A DNA stretch of 63,989 nt, counting the filler, from Reclinomonas americana ATCC 50394 (taxonomy: Eukaryota), in the NCBI GenBank assembly GCA_048213135.1. It is 9 parts of 4 records of this genome, joined end to end, with 100 filler letters (N's around TTAATTAATTAA, not from the genome) between each part and the next. Parts side by side here need not be neighbours in the genome. Positions count along the whole stretch, not along the records: positions 1 to 16,851 come from PS015449.1; positions 16,952 to 24,197 come from PS015449.1; positions 24,298 to 34,339 come from PS015450.1; 6 more parts are not named here. One strand, 5' to 3'. A model generated the notes under the pieces. The model was not told where the DNA came from. It ran no database searches and was given only the letters and a program-made list of their open reading frames with translations. Below are positions 13,276 to 24,930 of the stretch, one piece after another; positions within the stretch are counted from its first letter, which is position 1, and each line of letters opens with the position of its first letter. The position numbers and the translations under genes are program-made.

Positions 13276-14153
13276 TAGTGTAGTGTGTNNNNNNNNNNNN
13301 NNNNNNNNNNNNNNNNNNNNNNNNNNNNNNNNNNNNNNNNNNNNNNNNNNNNNNNNNNNNNNNNNNNNNNNNNNNNNNNNNNNNNNNNNNNNNNNNNNNN
13401 NNNNNNNNNNNNNNNNNNNNNNNNNNNNNNNNNNNNNNNNNNNNNNNNNNNNNNNNNNNNNNNNNNNNNNNNNNNNNNNNNNNNNNNNNNNNNNNNNNNN
13501 NNNNNNNNNNNNNNNNNNNNNNNNNNNNNNNNNNNNNNNNNNNNNNNNNNNNNNNNNNNNNNNNNNNNNNNNNNNNNNNNNNNNNNNNNNNNNNNNNNNN
13601 NNNNNNNNNNNNNNNNNNNNNNNNNNNNNNNNNNNNNNNNNNNNNNNNNNNNNNNNNNNNNNNNNNNNNNNNNNNNNNNNNNNNNNNNNNNNNNNNNNNN
13701 NNNNNNNNNNNNNNNNNNNNNNNNNNNNNNNNNNNNNNNNNNNNNNNNNNNNNNNNNNNNNNNNNNNNNNNNNNNNNNNNNNNNNNNNNNNNNNNNNNNN
13801 NNNNNNNNNNNNNNNNNNNNNNNNNNNNNNNNNNNNNNNNNNNNNNNNNNNNNNNNNNNNNNNNNNNNNNNNNNNNNNNNNNNNNNNNNNNNNNNNNNNN
13901 NNNNNNNNNNNNNNNNNNNNNNNNNNNNNNNNNNNNNNNNNNNNNNNNNNNNNNNNNNNNNNNNNNNNNNNNNNNNNNNNNNNNNNNNNNNNNNNNNNNN
14001 NNNNNNNNNNNNNNNNNNNNNNNNNNNNNNNNNNNNNNNNNNNNNNNNNNNNNNNNNNNNNNNNNNNNNNNNNNNNNNNNNNNNNNNNNNNNNNNNNNNN
14101 NNNNNNNNNNNNNNNNNNNNNNNNNNNNNNNNNNNNNNNNNNNNNNNNNNNNN

Positions 14154-14266
14154 GGAAGCAGAAGATGTGGAGGAAGAAGACACTCGTCGTGTGCTCTCGG
14201 CGTCTGCGCGCCACTGTGGGCCACTGCCCGATGCACTTGCCCATCGATTGCCCAGACTGAGTGATG

Positions 14267-14297
<31 letters not shown>

Positions 14298-14647
14298 TGA
14301 GTGAGTGAGTGAGTGAGTGTGCGAGTGAGTGTGTGGTCAGTCTCTCTCTCTCTTTCATTCTCTCTCTTCCTCTCTCTCACTGTGTGTGTGTTGTGTGTGA
14401 GCTTACGCACGCGGCATATCGCTCAATCTCCACACGCTCTTCTGCCTGCTTCTTGCGCACGAGAAGCAGTTGTTCTTCGAGCTCACGAGCTTCGCGCGCC
14501 AAACGCTCAGTCTCGGTTTCTTTCCCGCGCGCAGATCCACTGTGAGAGAGAGAGAGAGCACAGAGAGAAGGGAGGAGATGAGTGAGACAGAGAGAAGGAG
14601 AGACAGAGGCGAGGGGAGAGAGAGACGCACCGCGTGCGAGTGCTCAT
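14154..14647 (-). CDS. ZBBX-like protein, N-terminal coiled-coil exons
   Basis: ATG at 14647 and two in-phase introns give MSTRTR|GSARGKETETERLAREARELEEQLLLVRKKQAEERVEIERYAA|LGNRWASASGSG. A coiled coil followed by W.S resembles ZBBX N-termini. Confidence 0.5.
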
Positions 14648-14937
14648 CTGTTGGTGTTTGATGCAGAGGGACAACTGTGACAATTTGCTTTGAAGTTCAC
14701 TGGGCCCCTGCTGAAGCCACCTTGGGTGCTTGAGAGGAAACGTCAGTGGTCTGTGGACACAAGGCGAGTCCTTGGTGTCGTTTGGGGGCACTGCAGACAC
14801 CCCTTGGTGCAAGTGAGTCGACGTCGTGCGAGAGTGCTTCTTTCTCTTCTAGCAACATGTCAACATAATGGTAGGGTTGCATTCATTGCCTCCAGCGTGC
14901 AACAGTAAGGAGAGGAACGCTGCCACCACCAGTCGCT

Positions 14938-16023
14938 TCACAAGTGCCGCCGGGGATCTGTGCTGCATCGGAACAGCACAACCTCAGCCTCCTCCACAAT
15001 GAAGCACCGCAGCACCATCTCCGGCAAGCATCGCGAATCCGCCTCGATCTCCTGCTGCAGCTCTTGCACTGCTCGCATGGCCAAACGAGCTCCGTCCACC
15101 TCTCGCTGAGCAAGACCATGCGGAGTGGACCACACTCGGATTGTCTGGTCGCCATCAGCACTCACAATGTGCTGGCCATTGCGAGTGACAGCAACGGCTG
15201 TGACCGCGGCACTATGGCCATCCAGCCGTCGCACTTCTTCACCATCCGCCAGGGACCACAATCGGACAGCCTCGTCGCCGTCTCCGCTCACGACGTACCG
15301 GCCATCGACTGTGACAACAACAGAGAATACCTCTCGAGTGGCACTCGTCAAGCAGCGCACTTCGTCGCCAGTCGCCAGCGACCACACTCGCACTGCGCCG
15401 ACACTGTACCTCTTGCCACTCCCGCTCACAACGTGCTGACCATCCGGAGTGACGGCGAGAGCGAACAAGACCTCATCATCTGATTCCCACTCTCGCACTT
15501 TCTCACCAGTGGCCAGCGACCATACACATATAGTCCTGTCATATCCGCCACTCACCACGTACAGCCCGTCGGGAGTGATCGTAACACAACGCACATGTTT
15601 CGCGTGGCCGCGAAACACTTGCACTTCTGCACCAGTCGCCAGAGACCACACATGGACATGCGTGTCCATACCGCCAGTCACCACGTGCTGACCATTGGGC
15701 GTGATGGCGAACGACGATGCGTCGGCCCTCCACCTCCGCACCTCGTCACCACTCGCCAGAGACCACACTTGAACAATGCCATCTACACTCCCGTACACAA
15801 TGTGCTGGCCATCGGGAGCAACAGCGACACAAAGCACTCCACCACCACGTGCTTCGAACCACCGAACCTTCTTGCCAGTCGCCAGTGACCACACACGCAC
15901 TACGCTGTCAACACCCCCGCTCACAACATGCTGATCGTCGGGAGTGATGGCGACACTGCACACCCCGCCCGCGTGTCCCCGCAACACGAGGCTGTGGAGA
16001 ATGACAGAAGCAGCGCTTGACAT
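14938..16023 (-). CDS. WD40 array copy 1: intronless 7-blade propeller + conserved C-terminal tail
   Basis: 361-aa ORF with seven ..AVTPDGQHVVSG.D..VRVWS-type repeats and the tail DSRCLPEMVLRCFIVEEAEVVLFRC. Confidence 0.93.
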   Translation of the reverse strand: MSSAASVILHSLVLRGHAGGVCSVAITPDDQHVVSGGVDSVVRVWSLATGKKVRWFEARGGGVLCVAVAPDGQHIVYGSVDGIVQVWSLASGDEVRRWRADASSFAITPNGQHVVTGGMDTHVHVWSLATGAEVQVFRGHAKHVRCVTITPDGLYVVSGGYDRTICVWSLATGEKVREWESDDEVLFALAVTPDGQHVVSGSGKRYSVGAVRVWSLATGDEVRCLTSATREVFSVVVTVDGRYVVSGDGDEAVRLWSLADGEEVRRLDGHSAAVTAVAVTRNGQHIVSADGDQTIRVWSTPHGLAQREVDGARLAMRAVQELQQEIEADSRCLPEMVLRCFIVEEAEVVLFRCSTDPRRHL

Positions 16024-16197
16024 TCGATGGGCGACGGATTGAGAGAGACGGACGAGGACGACGTCGGACCCATTTTCCTGGACGTGTTGAGCGACGTCTT
16101 CTTTCTCGTACGAAGTGAGGTTTCATTCATCGCCTGCAACTTGCAAGAGAATGCGAGACAGAGGAAGAGAATCGGTAAAATGGCCTTGCCACCTGCT

Positions 16198-17537
16198 TCA
16201 CAAGGGATCTAAAAGGCATCGGAACAGCACAACCTCAGCCTCCTCCACAATGAAGCACCGCAGCACCATCTCCGGCAGGCATCGCGAATCCGCCTCGCCC
16301 TCCTGCTGCAGCTCCTGCACTGCTCGCATGGCCGCGCGTGCGCCATCCACCTCTCGCTGGGCAAGACCACGCGGAGTGGACCACACTCGGATTGTCTGGT
16401 CACCACCAGCACTCACGATGTGTTGGCCGTTGCGAGTGACAGCAACGGCTGTCACCGCGGCCAAATGGCCCTCCAGCCGCCGCACTTCTTCACCATCCGC
16501 CGCCAGTGAAAACAGTCGGACAGCACGGTCGCCGTCTCCGCTCACAGCATACCGGCCATCGAATGTGATCGCCACAGAGTATACCACTCCAGTGGCACTC
16601 GCCAAGCAGCGCACGTCGTCGCCAGTTGCCAGTGACCACACTTGCACTGCGCCGTCTCTGAACAACTTGCCACTCCCGCTCACAACGTGCTGACCATTCG
16701 GCGTGACGGCGAGAGAGAATGAGACCTCATCATGTGACGCCCACTCTCGCACTTTCTCGCCAGTCGCCAGTGACCATACGCATATCGCGCAGTCATATCC
16801 GCCACTCACCACGTGCTGCCCATCGGGAGTGATCGTGAGACATCGCACAGCNNNNNNNNNNNNNNNNNNNNNNNNNNNNNNNNNNNNNNNNNNNNTTAAT
16901 TAATTAANNNNNNNNNNNNNNNNNNNNNNNNNNNNNNNNNNNNNNNNNNNNTTTCGTGTGGCCGCGAAACACTTGCAATTCTGCACCAGTCGCCAGCGAC
17001 CACACATGGACATGCGTGTCAGTCATACCGCCAGTCACCACGTGCTGACCATCGGGCGTGATGACGAGAGACGACGCGTGGGCCCTCCACATCTGCACCT
17101 CGTCACCGCTCGCCAGAGACCGAGCTTGAACAGTGGAATCATCACTCCCCCACACAGCGTGCTGGCCATCGGGAGTAACAGCGACACAAAGCACTCCACC
17201 ATGTGCTTCGAATCGCCGAACCTCCTTGCCAGTCGCCAGTGACCACACACGCACTGTGTTGTCGCGACTGCCNNNNNNNNNNNNNNNNNNNNNNNNNNNN
17301 NNNNNNNNNNNNNNNNNNNNNNNNNNNNNNNNNNNNNNNNNNNNNNNNNNNNNNNNNNNNNNNNNNNNNNNNNNNNNNNNNNNNNNNNNNNNNNNNNNNN
17401 NNNNNNNNNNNNNNNNNNNNNNNNNNNNNNNNGCTCACAATCCACTGATCGTCGGGAGTAATGGCGACACACCACACCGCGCCCGCGTGTCCCTCCAGCA
17501 CGCGGTTGTGGAGAATGACTGACGCGGCGCTTGACAT
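16198..17537 (-). CDS. WD40 array copy 2 (interrupted by two assembly gaps)
   Basis: Starts MSSAASVILHNRVLEGH at 17537. Three fragments together give seven blades collinear with copy 1, plus the same tail. Confidence 0.85.
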
Positions 17538-17715
17538 TCGATGGGTGTGTGAGTAAGAGAGACGGACGAGGACGACGTCGAGGTAAAGTTTTCATTCACG
17601 GCTTCCGCAGCGGCATGCTAGTAGGAGAGAGGGAGAGAGAAACAGAAATTGAGGGAGAAAGAGGAACGATCAGGAAGCCACGTTCTTTGTCGCCCACCGA
17701 TTACTTCCGATCGCT

Positions 17716-18834
17716 TCACAGGTGCCGCTGAGGATCCGCAAGGCATCGGTGCACGACGACAGCCGCCTCTTCAACGATGAAGCAGCGCAGCACCATCTCC
17801 GGCAGGCATCGCGGATCACCTGGCTCCTCCTCCTCCTCCTCCTCCTCCTCCTCCTTCTCGCCCTCCTGCTGCATCGCCTGCACAACTTGCACGGCCGCGC
17901 GTGCTGCATCGTGCTCAATCCACGCGAGACCGCACTCAGTGGACCACGCCCGCATGATGTTGTCGTTGCTCCCGCTAACAATGTGCTGACCGTGGCGAGC
18001 CACCGCAACACAGAACATAATCTGCGTGCGCCCGTACAAGAATTCCACCCGCTCACCTCCGGTCACAGTCCACACCCGCACAGTCTTGTCCTCACTGGCA
18101 CTCACAATGTACCGCCCGTCGCGAGTGATCGCGACTGAGAACACCGAGGCATCGTGGCCGTCCAACCGGCGCACTTGCTCGCCGCTCGCCAGCGACCACA
18201 CGCGCACAGTTTTATCAGACCCACCACTCACTATGAGTCGACTGTCGGGAGTCACGGCGACGGAATGCACTTCTCCTGTGTGCCCCTCCAACCGTCGCAC
18301 CTCCTCGTCCGTCACAAACGACCACACTCGTATGGTCTTGTCATCGCTTCCGCTCACAATATGCTCACCGCTGGGGGTGACGGCGACAGACAACACCAAG
18401 TCCGTGTGTCCCTCCAAGCGGCGCTCCTCGTCGCCGCTCTCCAGCGACCACACGCGCACGGTCTTGTCAAAGCTGACACTCACCACGTGCTGCCCACTGG
18501 GAGTGACGGTGACGGCCAAGACAGCTCCAGTGTGCCCCTCCAACTGGCGCACTTGCTCACCACTCGCCAACGACCACACACGCACTGTCTTGTCCCAGCT
18601 GCCACTCACGGCGAACTCGCCATTGGGAGTGACAGCGACTGTCGACACCCACGCGGCGTGCCCCACAAAGCGTTGCAGCTCGGCGCCAGTCGCCAGTGAC
18701 CACACACGCACAGTGTGATCCCAGCTCCCGCTCACGATGCGCTGGTCATCGGGAGTGAGGGCGACAGAGTACACCATGCCAGTGTGACCTGCTATCAGGC
18801 GCTGGTAGACGAAGCGAGTTGCGGGGATGGACAT
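17716..18834 (-). CDS. WD40 array copy 3
   Basis: Seven highly regular blades, a long Glu tract and DPRCLPEMVLRCFIV. The start at MSIPATRF was chosen by alignment with the other copies; the ORF is open to 18963. Confidence 0.92.
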   Translation of the reverse strand: MSIPATRFVYQRLIAGHTGMVYSVALTPDDQRIVSGSWDHTVRVWSLATGAELQRFVGHAAWVSTVAVTPNGEFAVSGSWDKTVRVWSLASGEQVRQLEGHTGAVLAVTVTPSGQHVVSVSFDKTVRVWSLESGDEERRLEGHTDLVLSVAVTPSGEHIVSGSDDKTIRVWSFVTDEEVRRLEGHTGEVHSVAVTPDSRLIVSGGSDKTVRVWSLASGEQVRRLDGHDASVFSVAITRDGRYIVSASEDKTVRVWTVTGGERVEFLYGRTQIMFCVAVARHGQHIVSGSNDNIMRAWSTECGLAWIEHDAARAAVQVVQAMQQEGEKEEEEEEEEEEPGDPRCLPEMVLRCFIVEEAAVVVHRCLADPQRHL

Positions 18835-19147
18835 GAGGTGAGGGCGCGGGGGAGGAGAGTGGCGAGAGATGGTGAGACGGACGAGGACGACGTCGACCGT
18901 CGAGCAGAGCTCTATGGGCGATGTTTGCTTCTCGTACGAGGCCGATACAAGGTGGAGTTTCATTCCTCACCTCCGGCTTGGAAGAGAAAGGAGGGAGGGA
19001 GAGATGGAGAGGCGAGAGAGTAACAGATGAAGAGAACGAGTGCGCCGTGCTCACGAAAGGGCGACGATAAGCATCAAGGATCCAAGACCAACCAAAGAAG
19101 AGGGAGAACGGCAACAAAAGAAGGCCTTCGCTACACCCTATCTTCTT

Positions 19148-20260
19148 TCATAAGTGCCACTCGGGATTCGCGGAGCAGCGAAACACTACAACCTCCGCCT
19201 CCGCGACAATAAAGCAGCGCAGGACCATCTCCGGCAGACATCGCGGATCCACCTCGTCGTCCTCCTCGTCTTCTTCCACCCGCTGCAACTCCTGCACTGC
19301 TTGCAGGGCGGACTGCGCCATGCGGAGCTCCTGTCGAGCGAGGCCCCATGGTGTGGACCACACACGCACCGTCTTGTCCACGCTTCCAGATACGATGCGC
19401 TGACCATCGGGGGTGACAGCCACACACCGCACCGCTCCAGTGTGCCCCGCCAACCGTCGCACTTCTTCACCACTCGCCAAAGACCACACTCGCACCATCC
19501 TATCGAACCCGCCACTCACAATGTGCCGACCATCGGGAGTGACGGTGACAGACCGCACCGCGTCAGTGTGTCCTTTTAACGATCCGACTTTGTCGCCACT
19601 TGCCAGCGACCACACTTGCACTGCGCCGACCCCGAACAGATTGTTGCCACCTACCACAACGTGCTGGCCATCCGGAGTAACGGCAAGAGAGGTCACGTCG
19701 TCACCTGTATCTAACCGCCGTACTTCTTCACCAGTCGCCAGTGACCACACTCGCACTGCGTCGGCAAGATAACTGCAACCACTCACGACGTGCTGCCCGT
19801 CGGGAGAGATCGCGATCGACTGCGCTTCCCCGCTGTGCCCCTCCCACCGACGCACCCCTTCCCCATTCGCCAGAGACCACACACACACTGTCTTGCCAGA
19901 ACTCCCGCCCACAGCGTACTGCCCATCGGGCGTGATGGCCAGAGACAGCATGGTGGCTTTCCACCTCCGCACCTCGTCGCCGCTCGCGAGAAACCACACA
20001 CGCACTGTATCGTCGCCCTGACTTCCGCACACAACGCACTGACCGTCGGGAGTAACACCGACACAGTGCACTCCTCCAGTGTGACCTTCGAATCGCCAAA
20101 CCTCCTTCCCACTCGCCAGTGACCACACGCGCACTGTGCCGTAGCGACTCCCACTCACCACATGCTGGCCGTCAGGTGTGATGGCGACACAATGCACCTC
20201 ACTCGCGTGTCCCTGCAGCACCATGGTGCAGAGGAAGAGAGGGTGAGTGGCGCTTGACAT
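19148..20260 (-). CDS. WD40 array copy 4
   Basis: Starts MSSATHPLFLCTMVLQGH, has seven blades and a tail ending FRCSANPEWHL. Confidence 0.92.
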   Translation of the reverse strand: MSSATHPLFLCTMVLQGHASEVHCVAITPDGQHVVSGSRYGTVRVWSLASGKEVWRFEGHTGGVHCVGVTPDGQCVVCGSQGDDTVRVWFLASGDEVRRWKATMLSLAITPDGQYAVGGSSGKTVCVWSLANGEGVRRWEGHSGEAQSIAISPDGQHVVSGCSYLADAVRVWSLATGEEVRRLDTGDDVTSLAVTPDGQHVVVGGNNLFGVGAVQVWSLASGDKVGSLKGHTDAVRSVTVTPDGRHIVSGGFDRMVRVWSLASGEEVRRLAGHTGAVRCVAVTPDGQRIVSGSVDKTVRVWSTPWGLARQELRMAQSALQAVQELQRVEEDEEDDEVDPRCLPEMVLRCFIVAEAEVVVFRCSANPEWHL

Positions 20261-20480
20261 TCGAATGCAACGGCGGCTCGAAACTCGGAGGATGATGAAA
20301 AGTCCTGCGGAAGAAGACGTCGAGCAGATCAAATTAAAGGGCAGATCTTTCGAGCTGGAAAGCAATTCCAGAGAGGATTCGTGAGTGCTTGCTTCTCTCA
20401 ACGCAAGCGATACGAAGTGGGGTTTCATTCATCACCTCCAGATTGAGTGAAAGAGAGAGAGACCCTTCATTCAGTCAGCT

Positions 20481-22041
20481 TCACAAGCACCATTCGGGAT
20501 TCGCTGAGCACCGGAACACCACGACCTCCGCCTGCTCCACCATGAAGCACCGCAGCACCATCTCCGGCAGGCACCGCGATTCCTCCTCCTCCCCCTCCTG
20601 CTGCAACTCTTGCACTGCTAGCATGGCCATGCGCGCAACATCGACCTCGAGCCGAGCGAGGCCACACGGTGTGGACCACACGCGCACCGTCTTATCCCAG
20701 CTCCCACTGACGATGTGTTGACCATCGGGAGTGACGGCGACTGACGTAACGCGGTTGGTGTGTCCCTCCAACCGTTGCACTTCCTCTCCTGTCGCCAGAG
20801 ACCACACTCGCGCTGTTTTGTCCCAGCTGCCACTCACAATGTGCTGACTGTCGGGGGTGACAGTGACAGAGAGTACCCATTCAGTGTGCCCCTCCAGCAG
20901 TCGGATTTGTTTCCCGTCCACCATCGACAACACTTGCACGTCGCCGCCTCCGAGAAGACTGCCACTCCCGATCACAACGTGTTGGCCATCCGGAGAGAGA
21001 CAAAACACACTAGCGTCTGTCTTCAACCGCTGCTCTTCTTCGCCACTGGCCAATGACATCACTCGCAGTGTGCCATCACCAGAACTGCTGTGACACACCA
21101 CGTGCAGGCCGTTGGGAGTGACGGCCATGAAGCACGCACTTTTTCGAACTACAAATCGGCGCAACTCGTTACCCGTCGCCAGTGACCAGACTCGCACCGT
21201 GTTGTCTGGACTGGCAGTCACGACGTGCTGACCGTCGGGCGTGATGGCGAGACACAACGCATTGGCTTTCCATCTCCGCACCTCGTCGCCGCTCGCGAGA
21301 GACCACACACGCACTGTGTCGTCGTGTTGACTCTCGCACACAACGTGACCGTCGGGAGTAACACCGACACTGCGCACTCCTCCAGTGTGTCCTTCGAATC
21401 GTAGAACCTCCTTCCCACTCGCCAGCAACCACACGCGCACTGTGCCATCAANNNNNNNNNNNNNNNNNNNNNNNNNNNNNNNNNNNNNNNNNNNNNNNNN
21501 NNNNNNNNNNNNNNNNNNNNNNNNNNNNNNNNNNNNNNNNNNNNNNNNNNNNNNNNNNNNNNNNNNNNNNNNNNNNNNNNNNNNNNNNNNNNNNNNNNNN
21601 NNNNNNNNNNNNNNNNNNNNNNNNNNNNNNNNNNNNNNNNNNNNNNNNNNNNNNNNNNNNNNNNNNNNNNNNNNNNNNNNNNNNNNNNNNNNNNNNNNNN
21701 NNNNNNNNNNNNNNNNNNNNNNNNNNNNNNNNNNNNNNNNNNNNNNNNNNNNNNNNNNNNNNNNNNNNNNNNNNNNNNNNNNNNNNNNNNNNNNNNNNNN
21801 NNNNNNNNNNNNNNNNNNNNNNNNNNNNNNNNNNNNNNNNNNNNNNNNNNNNNNNNNNNNNNNNNNNNNNNNNNNNNNNNNNNNNNNNNNNNNNNNNNNN
21901 NNNNNNNNNNNNNNNNNNNNNNNNNNCACCACCGCTCACCACATGCTGGCCGTCAGGTGTGACCGCGAGAGAACACACATGCTTAGTGTGTCCCTGTAGC
22001 ACCGTAGTGCAGAGGAAGAGAGGGTGAGTGGCGTGTGACAT
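20481..22041 (-). CDS. WD40 array copy 5 (N gap within blade 1)
   Basis: Starts MSHATHPLFLCTTVLQGH. It has seven blades if the gap is much shorter than drawn. The tail ends FRCSANPEWCL. Confidence 0.85.
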
Positions 22042-22368
22042 GGGGGAAGTGAGTGCGTTTGAGCGAGGAACGAGATGTGATATGAAGTCCTGAGTGCACG
22101 ACGTCGAGCAGGCCTATGGCACGTGCAGAGAGGCTGGCGTCGTGCGAGAGCTTGCTTCGCGTAACGATGACAACGAAAGGGAGTTTATGCAACGCCGCGG
22201 CATTAAACTAGAAAGGAGACAGAGGGGAGGAAGTGACACAAACCGTGAGAAACAGATGAAGAGAACGAGTCAGTGCCGCGCTCACGAAGAGGGCGAGGAC
22301 ACGCACCAAGGGCCAAAGACCAACCAAAGAAGAGAGAGACAGGCAACAAAAGAAGGCCTTCGCTACAT

Positions 22369-23469
22369 TCACAAGTGCCATTCGGGATTCGCGGAGCAGC
22401 GAAACACTACAACCTCCGCCTCCTCGACAATAGAGCAGCGCAGCACCATCTCCGGCAGACATCGCGAATCCACCTCGCCGTCCTCCTCTTCTTCTTCCAC
22501 CCGTTGCAACTCCTGCACTGCACGCAGGGCAGACTGCGCTTCGTGGAGCTCCTGTCGAGCGAGGCCGCACGGCGTGGACCACACACGCACTGTCTTGTCC
22601 ACACCCCCACTTACAATGTGCTGACCATCGAAAGTGACAGCCACGCACTGCACCCACTCCGTGTGTCCCTCTAGGCGACACACTTCCTCTGCGCTCGTCA
22701 GTGACCACACTCGCACTGTCTTGTCGTGGCTCCCGCTGACAACGTGATTACCATCGGGAGTGAGAGCGATAGACAGCACGGCATCAGTGTGCCCGTTCAG
22801 GCAGCAGACTTCTTCTCCGCCCGCCAGAGACCACACACGCATCGCACTGTCGAAACCGCCGCTCACGATGTGTTGCCCGTCGGCAGCGACGGCAACAGAC
22901 CACACCTCACAGAAATGTCCCTCGAACAGCCGTACTTGTTCCGCACTCGCCATGGACCACAACGCCACTGTCTCATCACCGCCCCCACTTACAACGTGCT
23001 GCCCATCCGGAGTGACAGCGACGCAGAACGCGCCGTATCGAATCGGAAAGCGCCGCAACTCTTTCCCCGCCGCCAGTGACCACACTCGTACCGTGTTGTC
23101 TTTTCCGCCACTCACAATGCGCTGACTATTGGGGGAAACGGCGACCGACCACACCTTGCCAGTGTGGCCCAGCAACCGTCGCACCTCTGTTCCACTTGCC
23201 AGTGACCACACACGCACTGTTTCATCGTCGCTGCCACTCACGACGTGCCGACCATTGGGAGTGACAGCTACACACTGCACCCAGTCGGTGTGTCCCACCA
23301 ACTGTCGCACTTGCTCGCCGGTCGCCAGTGACCACACGCGCACTGTGTTGTCGTGGCTGCCACTTACAATGTGTTTGCCGTCGGGAGTGACGGCCACGGA
23401 TCGCACCTGGCCAGTGTGTCCCTCCAGTACCCTGCTGCAGAGGAAGAGAGGGCGAGCAGCGCGTGACAT
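22369..23469 (-). CDS. WD40 array copy 6
   Basis: Starts MSRAARPLFLCSRVLEGH, has seven blades and a tail ending FRCSANPEWHL. Confidence 0.92.
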   Translation of the reverse strand: MSRAARPLFLCSRVLEGHTGQVRSVAVTPDGKHIVSGSHDNTVRVWSLATGEQVRQLVGHTDWVQCVAVTPNGRHVVSGSDDETVRVWSLASGTEVRRLLGHTGKVWSVAVSPNSQRIVSGGKDNTVRVWSLAAGKELRRFPIRYGAFCVAVTPDGQHVVSGGGDETVALWSMASAEQVRLFEGHFCEVWSVAVAADGQHIVSGGFDSAMRVWSLAGGEEVCCLNGHTDAVLSIALTPDGNHVVSGSHDKTVRVWSLTSAEEVCRLEGHTEWVQCVAVTFDGQHIVSGGVDKTVRVWSTPCGLARQELHEAQSALRAVQELQRVEEEEEDGEVDSRCLPEMVLRCSIVEEAEVVVFRCSANPEWHL

Positions 23470-23493
23470 GGGGCGACGGAGTACGTAGTACGG

Positions 23494-24930
23494 AGACCAA
23501 GCGAGGACAGCAGGATTCATCGACGTTGACATTTGAAGACGGTCATCTTCTTCGGACCAAGGGACGTCCTTGTTGCAGAAAGCTCGCAAACCGAGCACAA
23601 GCAGAGGCGCGGCATAGTTACATTGCAAGCTCGGATTAGGCTGAGAAAAAGGGGGATTGAGTGTGTTATAGGGAGAGAGAAAGCGAGCTCGAGAGAATTA
23701 GGGAGAGAAAAGAAAGATACCAAGAACGAGTCACTTCCGCGCTCACTTCGGAAACAGACCGGGCAGCCAAGGGCCACAAGAAAAGCGAGAGAGGCAGCAA
23801 ACAAAGCTCCAGGCGTTCGCGCATCACCATCTGAAGTGCATCACACTTGCCACTCGGGATCCGCGGAGCATCGGAACAGCAGAACCTCCGCCTCCTCCAC
23901 GATGAAGCACCGCAACACCATCTCCGGCAGGCATCGCGAATCCGCCTCTTCTTCTTCTTCGACCTCCCGTTGCAACTCCTGCACAGCCAGCATCGCCGAC
24001 TGCGCTACGCACAGCTCCTGCTGAGCGAGGCCGCGGGGCGTGGACCACACGCGGACGGTGCTGTCTCGACTCCCACTCACGATATGCTCGCCATTGGGAG
24101 TGACGGCAACACACTCCACCACGTCAGTGTGCGCCTTCAACCGTCGCACCTCCTTGCCACTCGCCAGTGACCACACTCGCAATGTTTTGTCTCCGCTNNN
24201 NNNNNNNNNNNNNNNNNNNNNNNNNNNNNNNNNNNNNNNNNTTAATTAATTAANNNNNNNNNNNNNNNNNNNNNNNNNNNNNNNNNNNNNNNNNNNNCCG
24301 CACAGTCTCATCGATGCTCCCACTCACGATGTGTCGACTGTCGGGGGTGACAGCCACACAACTCACCCAGTCAGTGTGTCCCTCCAACCGTCGCACTTGC
24401 TCACCAGTCACCAGTGACCACACGCGCACGACATTGTCGCTGCTTCCACTCACCACATGCTGACCATTGGGAGTGAGAGCCACTGCTCGCACCTCTCCAG
24501 CGCGTCCCTCCAGCAACTTGTTCAGCAGGAAGAGAGGGCAAGCAGTGCGTGACATGGGGGCAAGTGACGGAATGTGCCGGCGTGTGAGACCAAGCGAGGA
24601 CAGCAGGATGGATCGACGTTAACATCTGAAGACGGTCATGTTCTTCGGACCAAGGGACGTCCTTGTTGCAGAAAGCTCGCAAACCGAGCACAAGCAGAGG
24701 CACGGCATAGTTACATTGCAAGCTCGGATTAGGCTGAGAAAAAGGGGGATTGAGTGTGATAGGGAGAGAGAAAGCGCGAGAAAGAGGGAGAGAAAAGAAA
24801 GATACCAAGAACGAGCCACTTCCGCGCTCACTTCGGAAACAGACCGGGCAGCCAAGGGCCACAAGAAAAGCGAGAGAGGCAGCAAACAAAGCTTCAGGCA
24901 TTCGTGCACCACCATCGGAAGTGCATCACA
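23494..24930. repeat. Near-identical ~350-bp intergenic spacer duplication (23494-23850 vs 24586-24930)
   Basis: Long identical runs in both spacers, e.g. TCTTCGGACCAAGGGACGTCCTTGTTGCAGAAAGCTCGCAAACCGAGCACAAGCAGAGG and CACTTCCGCGCTCACTTCGGAAACAGACCGGGCAGCCAAGGGCCACAAG. Confidence 0.9.
23841..24555 (-). CDS. WD40 array copy 7 (middle missing at a contig linker; the ends could belong to two genes)
   Basis: 5' fragment MSRTACPLFLLNKLLEG with two blades; 3' fragment with the last blade and the tail FRCSADPEWQV. Confidence 0.75.

Noticed and set aside
16896..16907. TTAATTAATTAA palindrome repeated eight times
   Set aside because: It is always centred in N runs totalling 100 nt, so it is an artificial six-frame-stop contig linker. 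Adjacency across these linkers is not guaranteed.
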